DNA of 64,000 nt, taken from the NCBI GenBank assembly GCA_002305115.1, contig DBQF01000003.1, positions 129,338-193,337 on the forward strand, read 5' to 3'. The position numbers were made by a program, and so were the translations under genes. Shown in pieces: positions 18,800-27,235 of this stretch; the stretch's first letter is position 1, and each line of letters begins with the position of its first letter. This DNA is from a candidate division WWE3 bacterium UBA1401. Its GTDB lineage: Bacteria > Patescibacteriota > WWE3 > UBA101185 > UBA10185. The notes under the pieces were generated by a model. It worked only from the letters and a program-made list of their open reading frames with translations. It did no database searches and was not told the DNA's origin.

Positions 18800-18825
18800 C
18801 CCGCCTTCGTCAAGACTTCGGCGGG
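18800..18825 (-). terminator. Hairpin CCCGCC-loop-GGCGGG downstream of pilin 18860..19366
   Basis: 6-bp GC stem flanked by inverted GTTAG-type heptads (18788..18800 and 18845..18857). An A-run at 18838-18843 gives a T-run on the minus strand, upstream of the stem. Confidence 0.4.
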
Positions 18826-18859
18826 CAGGCTTCTAGCAAAAAATGTCAGTGGTTAACAA

Positions 18860-19366
18860 TCACGGGCTAATAATAGTCAACGAGGTACCAACCTCATAAG
18901 CAGTATCTGAATCACCACCATCTGTGGTCATCTTCGTAGCATTATCAGGAGACTCTAAAACAGCATTCAACTCATAATTTGTGCCATTAGACGCATACGA
19001 ATAAACATTAGATCCAGTATTGAGCGGATCATACGGCAACGCTGCAAGATACTTCGTTAAACCGGTCTTGCCAACTATAGTAGTATAAGAAATCCAACCG
19101 TTACCGCTGGCAGATTGGGAATTAGCCTCACCGCTATTTCCTATAGTAGGAGCATCTACAGTTCCGGATAGTGCAATTTCACCATCGGCCAGCGCTAATG
19201 CGATAGCCTTATTCAATGTATCAATGTCTTCCATACGCTTAGCATCCCTACCTTTGGCAAGCAAAGCCGCGGGATTTATTGCTACAATCAAAACTCCTGC
19301 CAGAATAGAAATAATGGCGATTACTACTACAAGTTCTATAAGTGTAAAGCCTCTTTGTTTAGACAT
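18860..19366 (-). CDS. Type IV pilin (second major-pilin candidate)
   Basis: MSKQRG/FTLIELVVVIAIISILAG. Sits directly after pilC and is followed by a hairpin element. Confidence 0.85.
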   Translation of the reverse strand: MSKQRGFTLIELVVVIAIISILAGVLIVAINPAALLAKGRDAKRMEDIDTLNKAIALALADGEIALSGTVDAPTIGNSGEANSQSASGNGWISYTTIVGKTGLTKYLAALPYDPLNTGSNVYSYASNGTNYELNAVLESPDNATKMTTDGGDSDTAYEVGTSLTIISP

Positions 19367-19394
19367 AAGTATAGTTACCTCACTAATACCTGCT

Positions 19395-20597
19395 TTAAAT
19401 TGCAGAAGTAATTTTATAAATAGGTGTGATTATGGAAACTATTAAGACACCAACCATACCACCAAGCATAACTAAAATAACAGGCTCAAGAGCGGAAGAC
19501 AACCCTTTGATAGAGTTACTGGTCTCGCCATCAAAAAAGTCTGCCACTCTATCTAGTACTTCATCCATCTGTCCAGTTTCTTCACCCACACTTGCCATTT
19601 GGCCAAACAGCGGGGGAAAATTTTTATCATTCCTGAAATATTCTGCCAGTGAATTACCTTTCTCTACTGAACGTGCGGCAGCTAGCGCGGCGTTTTTATA
19701 CTCCATATTTTGCATAATTTGCGAAATGATATTAAGAGCTTCCACAATAGGAATAGCAGCTGAAATAAGCAGGCTTAAGGTACGCGCAAACGTGGTTATT
19801 TCTTTCTCACGGTTAATCTTCCCAAAAATAGGTACACCAAATAACAAAGAATTAGTCAGTGTCTTACCTTCAGTAGTAGACATAAACCATTTCATAAATA
19901 CAAACAAACCTGCTACAACAAGTACCACAATTAGTGTGTGTTTGGTAAATAACTCTGAGATGCTAATCATAGCCTGAGTAGCGGCCGGAAGTTCTACATC
20001 CAAGCTTTCATACATAGAAGCAAGTTTGGGAATAACAAAAACCATAAGGAGCACAAATACACCAACCATAGCCAGTAAAACAATTGCTGGGTAAATCATA
20101 GCACTTTTAAGGCGAGATTTGAGCTCTCTATCAGCTTCCATCGTTGCCGCAAGCCGTTGTAAAATCTCATCAAGCCGTCCGCTGGCCTCACCCGCCCTAA
20201 CTAAAGCTCTATAAGTAGGGGAAAACACACTGTCGTGCCTACCCATCGCCTGTGAAAGCGATGAACCCCCTTCCACATCCCGCAATACATCCATAATCAC
20301 TTTGCGGAACTTCGCATTAGTGGTCTGATCTGCCAACACTTCTAACGCGCGGGAAATAGGCAACCCCGCGGAAATCATAGTGGAGAACTGCCGGGTAAAT
20401 GTTACAATTTCCGTACCCGAAATACCTCTTATTTCCAACAGAGAATCTAGAAAAGAAGTCCGCTTCTGCTCCAGACTTACTACAAATAAGCCCTGGTTTT
20501 TCAGCAGTTCAACTGCCAGACCCTCACTTTTAGCATCAACCGTGCCTACGCGCCGTCCACCCGATTTATCTTTTGCAGTATACGAATATAAAGCCAT
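19395..20597 (-). CDS. pilC: Type IV pilus platform protein PilC (GspF family)
   Basis: 400 aa with a duplicated T2SSF architecture and three TM segments. Lies in pilB-pilT-pilC order. Confidence 0.9.
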   Translation of the reverse strand: MALYSYTAKDKSGGRRVGTVDAKSEGLAVELLKNQGLFVVSLEQKRTSFLDSLLEIRGISGTEIVTFTRQFSTMISAGLPISRALEVLADQTTNAKFRKVIMDVLRDVEGGSSLSQAMGRHDSVFSPTYRALVRAGEASGRLDEILQRLAATMEADRELKSRLKSAMIYPAIVLLAMVGVFVLLMVFVIPKLASMYESLDVELPAATQAMISISELFTKHTLIVVLVVAGLFVFMKWFMSTTEGKTLTNSLLFGVPIFGKINREKEITTFARTLSLLISAAIPIVEALNIISQIMQNMEYKNAALAAARSVEKGNSLAEYFRNDKNFPPLFGQMASVGEETGQMDEVLDRVADFFDGETSNSIKGLSSALEPVILVMLGGMVGVLIVSIITPIYKITSAI

Positions 20598-20598
20598 A

Positions 20599-21666
20599 TT
20601 ACTTTAACAACCTTCTAAACTCATCCGGCTTAAGGGCAAACTTGATAGCTTCTGCTTCATCTACTTTATTATCTACTACAAGTTGCGCCAAGCTACGTTC
20701 AAGGGAAACCATACCCAAATTGGAGCTTGTGTTAATTATATTGTCCAAATGCTGGGTTTTACCTTCTCTAATTAGATTTTTCACAGCTTCGCTGGCCAAC
20801 ATAATTTCCACTGCGGGTAATACACTCCCGTCTTTGGCGGGTACTAACCTTAATGACAAAACAACTTCCAAAATTTGGGCTAACTGCAACTGAATTTCCG
20901 CACGCCTGCCTTCCGGGAAAGTGCCAATAATTCTTTCCATGGTTTGCGAGGCTGAATTAGTGTGCAGCGTAGCCAAAACTAAATGTCCGGTTTCAGCAAC
21001 ATTCAACGCGGCGGCCATTGTCTCATAGTCGCGCATTTCTCCAAGCATCACCACGTTCGGATCTTGCCTGAGTACAGCCCGTAGGGCCAGATCCCATGAA
21101 GAGGTATCCGTGTGCATTTCCCTTTGCTCAATAAGAGACTTTTTGTTCGTAAAAATAAATTCAATAGGATCTTCTATTGTAATAATGTGTTCAGCTCTCA
21201 ATTCATTTATACGATCTAAAATTGATGCCACAGTTGTAGTTTTACCATGGCCGGTGGGTCCCACTACCAATACCAAGCCTTGCCTCAATTCGCATAAAGA
21301 AGAAATTATGGGTGGCATATTAAGCTGATCAAGTGTGGGGATAACCATAGGAACATGTCTTAACGATACGGACGGATAGCCTTTTTGATAAAAAGCGTTT
21401 ACCCTAAAGCGTGCCTTAGTGCCAAGTGCAACAGAAAAATCAAGCTCTCTATTCACATCAAAGATGTCTTTCTGCTCTGGTTCCAATACTTGAGATAAAA
21501 AGGCTTCAATGTCTTCTACAGTTAGAGAACTGTAATCTGACAATGTACTAAGCTGTCTGTTAATGCGCACAACAGGAGGAACTCCTACAGTTAAGTGTAA
21601 ATCCGAGGCGTCAAGTGAAACTACTCGTTCTAAAATACCTGTTACATTAAAATTTGCATTACTCAT
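20599..21666 (-). CDS. pilT: Twitching-motility retraction ATPase PilT
   Basis: 355 aa. Walker A GPTGHGKTTT, Asp box, Walker B VVMLGEMRD, His box ATLHTNSA. Has no N-terminal T2SSE_N domain and no zinc motif. Confidence 0.9.
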   Translation of the reverse strand: MSNANFNVTGILERVVSLDASDLHLTVGVPPVVRINRQLSTLSDYSSLTVEDIEAFLSQVLEPEQKDIFDVNRELDFSVALGTKARFRVNAFYQKGYPSVSLRHVPMVIPTLDQLNMPPIISSLCELRQGLVLVVGPTGHGKTTTVASILDRINELRAEHIITIEDPIEFIFTNKKSLIEQREMHTDTSSWDLALRAVLRQDPNVVMLGEMRDYETMAAALNVAETGHLVLATLHTNSASQTMERIIGTFPEGRRAEIQLQLAQILEVVLSLRLVPAKDGSVLPAVEIMLASEAVKNLIREGKTQHLDNIINTSSNLGMVSLERSLAQLVVDNKVDEAEAIKFALKPDEFRRLLK

Positions 21667-23420
21667 TTTGCTACCCTCAAAACTTCTTCCAAAGTTGTGG
21701 CACCCTCAAGCACACGTAAGGCACCATCTTGTAATAAGGTTAACATACCTTCTTGCACTGCGACAGACTGAATTTGGTCGGCAGTGCCCCTTTCAATAAC
21801 TAAGTGCGACACGTCATTGCTCATTTCTAATACTTCAAAAATGCCAACTCTGCCCTTATAACCGGTGCCACCACAGTGGTCACATCCTTTGCCCTTATAT
21901 AGCTTTGTAATGCCTTCTTTCATTTTCTTAATAGACTCAGCTATAGTGGGATCTTTTTCGATAATAATTTTCGAACCGGCCACTGGCTCAAGAATCTTTC
22001 TAATATCTTCCTTAACTTCTTCCGGAGGAGCATATTCTTCCTTACACTCGTTACAAACTCTTCTGACAAGTCTTTGGGCCACTATGGCGTTAACTGTAGA
22101 AGCAAGCAAGAAACTTTCAACTCCCATGTCCAAGAGCCTGGGTAAAGCACCCGACGCAGAGTTTGTATGAAGCGTGGACAGTACCAAGTGGCCAGTTAGG
22201 GCGGCATGAATAGCGAGCTCCGCGGTTTCATTATCACGAATTTCGCCGACCATGATGATGTTGGGATCTTGCCTTAGGAAAGAGCGTAAGCCTGTGGCAA
22301 ATGTAAGACCGGCTTGGGGATTTACCTGCACTTGGTTTATTCCTGGAATTCTAATTTCAACCGGATCTTCGAGTGTAGAAATGTTTACTCTAATAGTATT
22401 AAGCTTACTTAAGGCCGAGGCCAAAGTAACAGTTTTGCCTGAACCTGTAGGCCCTGTAACTAAGATCATACCTGTAGGCTTTAAGATAGATTCTTCTAAC
22501 CGGCGTAACGATAATCCGCGCAGCCCCAAATCTTTAAACGAAAATACTGCACCTTCCTCTTTCAAAAGCCTGATCACTACTTTTTCTCCATTTACTGTTG
22601 GAAGTGTAGACACACGTAAATCTGTAGTAGTTTTGCCCACCAATACTTTGAACCGACCATCTAATGGTAACCTTTTCTCGTCAATCTTCATTTTCGCTAG
22701 AATTTTGATTCTTGCAACAATGGAATCATGCATCTCTTTTGGAAGAGTGCGCTTTTCTTCTAACACACCATCTATACGATATCTAAGCCTGGTCTTATCT
22801 TCGAAGGGTTCTATATGAATATCGGATGCGCCTACTTTTACAGCAGTCTCCAAAATCATACCCACAATACGGGCGATAGGCGCGTCGCGCAAAGTAGCGT
22901 CAGAGATTTCCTCAGCGTTTTCTTCTATTTTTAAGGTAGTTTGGTTAATCTCTTCCAAGGCTGCTGTAATTTCCTCACCAATAGCTTTACCTTGCATATC
23001 TTCAATAACATGCTGAATACTACTTGGCGTGCTAACAAAAGGAATAACTCTATAGCCAGACTTTTTTTCTACAAACTCAATGGTAGGAAGATCAAGCGGG
23101 TCAATCATAGCCAGGGAAAGTTTGCTATCTTCCAGGGAAAAGGGGACTATGTTTAGCTTCTTCGCGATATTAATAGGAACAATATCCAACAGGGAAGGGT
23201 CTACTTTAACAGTTGCCAGATCTATAAAATCAATGCCATAGGATTCACCATAGGCTTTAACAAGTTCTTCTTCGCTCACGTAACCGCGTTCCTGGATTAT
23301 TTCACGTTCGGGTTTACCTGTATTGACGTGCTCAAATTTGATAGCAGAAAGTTGATCCGCAGTAATGAGGTTTTTTTCGTATAGAACTTCTTCAATTGAT
23401 TTTTTGCCAAGGGCTGTCAT
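21663..23420 (-). CDS. pilB: Type IV pilus extension ATPase PilB (GspE family)
   Basis: 585 aa. N-terminal T2SSE_N-like repeats, Walker A GPTGSGKT, STLHTNSA, and a tetracysteine motif CNEC...CDHC. Confidence 0.92.
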   Translation of the reverse strand: MTALGKKSIEEVLYEKNLITADQLSAIKFEHVNTGKPEREIIQERGYVSEEELVKAYGESYGIDFIDLATVKVDPSLLDIVPINIAKKLNIVPFSLEDSKLSLAMIDPLDLPTIEFVEKKSGYRVIPFVSTPSSIQHVIEDMQGKAIGEEITAALEEINQTTLKIEENAEEISDATLRDAPIARIVGMILETAVKVGASDIHIEPFEDKTRLRYRIDGVLEEKRTLPKEMHDSIVARIKILAKMKIDEKRLPLDGRFKVLVGKTTTDLRVSTLPTVNGEKVVIRLLKEEGAVFSFKDLGLRGLSLRRLEESILKPTGMILVTGPTGSGKTVTLASALSKLNTIRVNISTLEDPVEIRIPGINQVQVNPQAGLTFATGLRSFLRQDPNIIMVGEIRDNETAELAIHAALTGHLVLSTLHTNSASGALPRLLDMGVESFLLASTVNAIVAQRLVRRVCNECKEEYAPPEEVKEDIRKILEPVAGSKIIIEKDPTIAESIKKMKEGITKLYKGKGCDHCGGTGYKGRVGIFEVLEMSNDVSHLVIERGTADQIQSVAVQEGMLTLLQDGALRVLEGATTLEEVLRVAK

Positions 23421-23481
23421 AGGGCAGGATTAATTTACTAGGGAAATGATAGCAGTATGGGGGGAAGTTGGCAATGTAAGG

Positions 23482-23494
23482 AGGGTCGGACCTT
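23482..23494. repeat. REP-like palindrome AGGGTC-G-GACCTT
   Basis: GGTC-N-GACC core in the pilB/holB divergent intergenic region. Confidence 0.7.
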
Positions 23495-23634
23495 TCCGGC
23501 AAGAGCGCATAATGTGTACTCCTCATTGCTCTCTATGTCTCTAGCAGACAAACATTAGTTACTTTAGCTATGAGATACGATTGGAAAAGGTAGCATCTTA
23601 AAACTAATAGTCTGTGATTGTGAGTAATTCTCCG

Positions 23635-23647
23635 AGGGTCCGACCTT
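23635..23647. repeat. REP-like palindrome AGGGTC-C-GACCTT
   Basis: Same flanks (GAGGGTC.GACCTTTCCGG) as the 23482 copy, with the central base flipped. Confidence 0.7.
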
Positions 23648-23690
23648 TCCGGATAATATTCTATGACAGTTGTGTAGATTTTTGGTTTGG

Positions 23691-23703
23691 AAGGTCTGAC
23701 CCT
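23691..23703. repeat. REP-like palindrome AAGGTC-T-GACCCT
   Basis: Followed by GATTAA, as is the copy at 32164. Confidence 0.7.
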
Positions 23704-23726
23704 GATTAAGGGATTAGAATCACGTA

Positions 23727-23753
23727 GATAGTTCCGAGTGGAAAGGAACTATC
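23727..23753 (+). promoter_or_regulatory. 9-bp perfect hairpin GATAGTTCC-loop-GGAACTATC in the holB leader
   Basis: Read directly from the sequence, ~75 nt upstream of the holB ATG. Function unknown. Confidence 0.3.
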
Positions 23754-23828
23754 TGAATGCCAGATCAGACTTTACGCTAGCTTTAGTAACTTGTGTTTTA
23801 AACACCTTCCAACTATCATAACCTCACC

Positions 23829-24467
23829 ATGCATGGAGCAATACTAATATATGGGGCAAACCAACAAACAAGACTGGAAAAACTAGATGAACTTACCCCA
23901 AGAGTCAAACCAGTAGACTTCCTAGAAATAAAGCCCTCGGAAGACAAGCCAAGCATTGGCATCGAACAAGTTCGAGAAATGATAGCTTTTGTTCACGAAA
24001 AACCACTGGAGTCAAAAAACAAACTAGTAACCATATTGAAAGCGCACACTTTGACCATTCCAGCCCAAAATGCACTGCTAAAAACACTCGAAGAACCACC
24101 AACCTACGCAATAATTATACTAGAAGCCAAAAATGAACAGACCCTTCTGCCAACAGTAGTTTCTCGCTGCCAAAGAATACAGCTGCATATGAATATATCT
24201 ACAGAGAAAACAACCGAAGAGTTGGCAATCATACTTAAAATGACTCACGGCGAAAGGCTGGACTGGGTAACAGACAAAGAAAATCAGAGTAGGGAAGGAA
24301 TAGTCGCAATTTTTGATAGCTGGATTAATGAGGAAAGAAGTAGACTCCCGGATAGAGACGCAGTAGCAAATATTGAGTTAATTAGTAGAGTGAAAGAGGA
24401 TGTTGAAAGCACTAATGTGAATTTGAAGCTGGCGCTGGAGTTTTTGGTACTGGGACTAGGGGAATAG
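23829..24467 (+). CDS. holB: DNA polymerase III delta-prime-like clamp-loader subunit
   Basis: 212 aa. NALLKTLEEPP and VVSRCQRIQL (SRC) motifs. No intact Walker A. Confidence 0.7.
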   Translation: MHGAILIYGANQQTRLEKLDELTPRVKPVDFLEIKPSEDKPSIGIEQVREMIAFVHEKPLESKNKLVTILKAHTLTIPAQNALLKTLEEPPTYAIIILEAKNEQTLLPTVVSRCQRIQLHMNISTEKTTEELAIILKMTHGERLDWVTDKENQSREGIVAIFDSWINEERSRLPDRDAVANIELISRVKEDVESTNVNLKLALEFLVLGLGE

Positions 24468-24470
24468 GCA

Positions 24471-24491
24471 AAGAAAGGTCCGACCTTTCTT
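24471..24491. repeat. REP-like palindrome, perfect 10-1-10 AAGAAAGGTC-C-GACCTTTCTT
   Basis: Lies 4 nt after the holB stop and 80 nt upstream of the RAYT-like gene. Confidence 0.85.
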
Positions 24492-24506
24492 AGCTGTTAT
24501 CTCATC

Positions 24507-24529
24507 ATATTCTAGTTAAACTAGAATAT
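24507..24529. repeat. Perfect 23-bp palindrome ATATTCTAGTT-A-AACTAGAATAT
   Basis: 11-1-11 inverted repeat. 21 of its 23 nt recur (reverse-complemented) at 55087..55105. Confidence 0.8.
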
Positions 24530-24570
24530 ACCTCCTTGAAAAATACAATTTACGTTGTAATTTTATACCC

Positions 24571-25155
24571 ATGCCAAGAAAGCATGTTGTTAAAGAATAC
24601 GAAGCAGGTGGGATTTACCACATTCACAATCTATGCATTTGCGGAGCACAAATTCTGTATGTAGAAGAGGATTACGAGTACTTGATGTATCTACTAGAGG
24701 AAGCCCTAACGGAAAACCCAAGCACTAAAGCTAAAGCGCCCAAAAACTTCCACAGCAGAATTGACATTTTTTGCTTTATTTTGCAGAACAACCATTGGCA
24801 TTTTGAAATAAAGCAAAACGATAAAACAGCCATGGCAGAGTTCATGCAAAGTTTAACTATCAGGTTCACTATGAAGATGAACAAAAAATATAAAAGATCT
24901 GGGCCTCTTTTCCATTCCAGGTATCAGGCACGTAAAATCGAGTCAGTAGAAGACGCCATTAATGTTTCAAAGTACATACATTTAAATCCAACTCATGGGG
25001 AAGACCTACGAAAGGACCTTACTTATCCATATTCTAGCGTAACCAGTTATCTTTCAGAGAAACAGAAAGGTCCAACCTTCCTGGACACAAATCACATACT
25101 AGAGCTGTTTGATTTTGATAGGCATAGATACCTGAAATTCCTTATGGAAAGATAA
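24571..25155 (+). CDS. REP-associated tyrosine transposase-like protein (IS200/Y1 HUH transposase superfamily, COG1943-type)
   Basis: GGIYHIHN, EEDYEYLMYLLEE, HUH motif NNHWHFEI, SGPLFHSRYQARKI, and the catalytic-Tyr helix KYIHLNP..YPYSS. Flanked by REP-like palindromes on both sides. Confidence 0.8.
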   Translation: MPRKHVVKEYEAGGIYHIHNLCICGAQILYVEEDYEYLMYLLEEALTENPSTKAKAPKNFHSRIDIFCFILQNNHWHFEIKQNDKTAMAEFMQSLTIRFTMKMNKKYKRSGPLFHSRYQARKIESVEDAINVSKYIHLNPTHGEDLRKDLTYPYSSVTSYLSEKQKGPTFLDTNHILELFDFDRHRYLKFLMER

Positions 25156-25166
25156 GGTCCGACCCT
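25154..25166. repeat. REP-like palindrome AAGGTC-C-GACCCT
   Basis: Overlaps the TAA stop of the RAYT-like gene. Confidence 0.7.
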
Positions 25167-25249
25167 CCCACGCGCCCCGAATCAAGCCCGAAACTCCATG
25201 ACATTCGTTGCTTGAAAATAACAAGGCAATCCATTACAATGTTTCAGTT

Positions 25250-27235
25250 ATGGCAAATCCCGCACAAAACAAGCGATATTCTGACTACACAGCTGAGGAT
25301 ATTCAAGTACTCGAAGGCTTAGAACCGGTAAGAAAACGTCCCGGCATGTATATAGGCTCCACTGGGGTAGAAGGGTTACAACACCTGGTTACTGAAATTG
25401 TAAACAACTCCATGGATGAAGCTATTGCCGGCTATGCTGATCATATCAGAGTGGAGTTTTTTGAAGACGGCTCCGTAGCTATTTATGACAACGGCCGTGG
25501 ATGTCCCTATGAAATGAAAGAGGGTTACGGCGTAAGCGCGCTAGAACTTGCGTATGCCAGACTCCACGCAGGTGGAAAGTTTGGTGGCAAGGGATATAAA
25601 GTATCCAGTGGTTTGCACGGTGTGGGTGCCAGCGTTGTTAACGCCCTTTCTGAGTGGTGCCGAGTTGTAGTCAGAAGAGGGGATGATTTAGTAATTCAGG
25701 AATACCAGAATGGCGGAAACGTGGTCAGACCGGTTGAATCGCTAGATGTTAAAAATCCCACAAAACTAAAGGATGCCAAATGGGGTATTGATTTAGACAA
25801 CTGGAAATATGAATCCGGAACAATTGCACACTTTAAACCAGATGGCACTATTTTTGAAACTACAGATTTTCCTCTGAAATTTTTCATCAGCCAACTCAGG
25901 GAATATGCGTACCTAACTGCAGGCATAAAGTTCGAACTTATAGATCACAGATCAAATGATCACTTCAATTTTTACTTTGAGGGAGGCGTTAAGACGTTTC
26001 TTAAGGATCTAAACAGAAACAAGGCTCCGGTCAACGAAAATGTGTTTCACGTAAGAAAAACTGAAGACGAAGTGGAAGTAGAAGTAGCCATGCAGTATAA
26101 CGATTCCTATTCAGAAAACATTCTCTGTTTTGCTAACCACATCAAAAACAGTGAGGGCGGTACACATTCCACAGGCTTTAGATCTGCCTTAACTAGAACT
26201 GTAAACGATTACGCGAGGAACAATAATTTGCTCAAAGACAAAGACCCTAACCTTACAAGCGACGACTTGAGAGAAGGCTTAACAGCAATAATTTCCGTTA
26301 AACTAGATTCTGCCGCTTTACAATTTGAAGGCCAGACAAAGGCTAAACTTGGCAACTCCAATGTTAGAACCGTAGTAGAAAGCGTAGTAAAAGATGCCCT
26401 AACAACCTTTTTTGAAGAACACCCTAAAGACGCACAAGCAATAATTGAGAAAAACATTTTGTCATTTAAGGCCAGAATGGCTGCTAAAGCCGCTAGAGAC
26501 ACCGTTATAAGAAAAAGCGCCTTAGAAGGTGGGGGCGTATTGCCAGGTAAATTAGCAGATTGTTCGGAAAAAGATAATACTAAAACGGAACTTTTTATAG
26601 TTGAGGGAGATTCTGCAGGCGGTACTGCAAAACAGGCTAGAGATAGTAAAATTCAAGCTATTCTTCCGCTGTTTGGAAAGGTTTTGAACACAGAACGCGC
26701 GAGGCTGGACAAAATAGTAGATTCCGATAAGTTCAAACCACTAATTATTGCTATAGGAGCAGGCATTGGTGAGCAATACACCCCAAAAAGGCTAAGGTAC
26801 AGTAAACTGATTATCATGGCAGATGCGGATTCGGATGGTATGCATATTATGACCCTATACTTAACCTTCTTTTATAGACACATGACAGAACTTGTTAATA
26901 ACGGCCATATTTATGTGGCTGTGCCGCCACTATTCAAGGCAACCTGGGGCAAGAATAAGAAATACCTGTTTGACGAAAAAGAGCGAAATGATTTCCTAAA
27001 AACTGCAGATGGCAAAAAAGCAATAATTCAGAGATTTAAAGGATTAGGCGAAATGAATGCCGAAGAACTCTGGGAAACAACTATGAACCCCCAGACCAGG
27101 CGCTTAAAGCTAATTAGCGTGGAAGACGCTGCACAAGCCGATGAGGTGTTTTCCAAACTAATGGGAAGCGAAGTGGCGCCGAGGAAAAGATTTATTCAGA
27201 CTAACGCCAAACAGGCAGTCTTAGACGTAACATGA
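25250..27235 (+). CDS. gyrB: DNA gyrase subunit B
   Basis: ORF 25208..27235 begins at a TTG. The conserved N-terminus starts at the ATG at 25250 (MANPAQNKRYSDYTAEDIQVLEGLEPVRKRPGMYIGS). GHKL ATPase, Toprim EGDSAGG, PLFGKVLN. Confidence 0.97.
   Translation: MANPAQNKRYSDYTAEDIQVLEGLEPVRKRPGMYIGSTGVEGLQHLVTEIVNNSMDEAIAGYADHIRVEFFEDGSVAIYDNGRGCPYEMKEGYGVSALELAYARLHAGGKFGGKGYKVSSGLHGVGASVVNALSEWCRVVVRRGDDLVIQEYQNGGNVVRPVESLDVKNPTKLKDAKWGIDLDNWKYESGTIAHFKPDGTIFETTDFPLKFFISQLREYAYLTAGIKFELIDHRSNDHFNFYFEGGVKTFLKDLNRNKAPVNENVFHVRKTEDEVEVEVAMQYNDSYSENILCFANHIKNSEGGTHSTGFRSALTRTVNDYARNNNLLKDKDPNLTSDDLREGLTAIISVKLDSAALQFEGQTKAKLGNSNVRTVVESVVKDALTTFFEEHPKDAQAIIEKNILSFKARMAAKAARDTVIRKSALEGGGVLPGKLADCSEKDNTKTELFIVEGDSAGGTAKQARDSKIQAILPLFGKVLNTERARLDKIVDSDKFKPLIIAIGAGIGEQYTPKRLRYSKLIIMADADSDGMHIMTLYLTFFYRHMTELVNNGHIYVAVPPLFKATWGKNKKYLFDEKERNDFLKTADGKKAIIQRFKGLGEMNAEELWETTMNPQTRRLKLISVEDAAQADEVFSKLMGSEVAPRKRFIQTNAKQAVLDVT

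Noticed and set aside
19426-19977. Long antisense ORFs inside pilC, pilB, lgt-like, recG, gyrA, ssb and others (e.g. 507..794, 19426..19977, 22252..22818, 29373..29792, 42936..43511, 54172..54645)
   Set aside because: These are shadow ORFs opposite strongly supported genes, with Ser/Leu/Cys-rich low-complexity translations.
23500-23526. A dif site: GAGCGCATAATGTGTA closely matches the XerC arm plus centre of E. coli dif
   Set aside because: No second (XerD-type) arm or inverted partner follows (CTCCTCATTGC). It is a half-site only and lies 10 kb from the xer gene.
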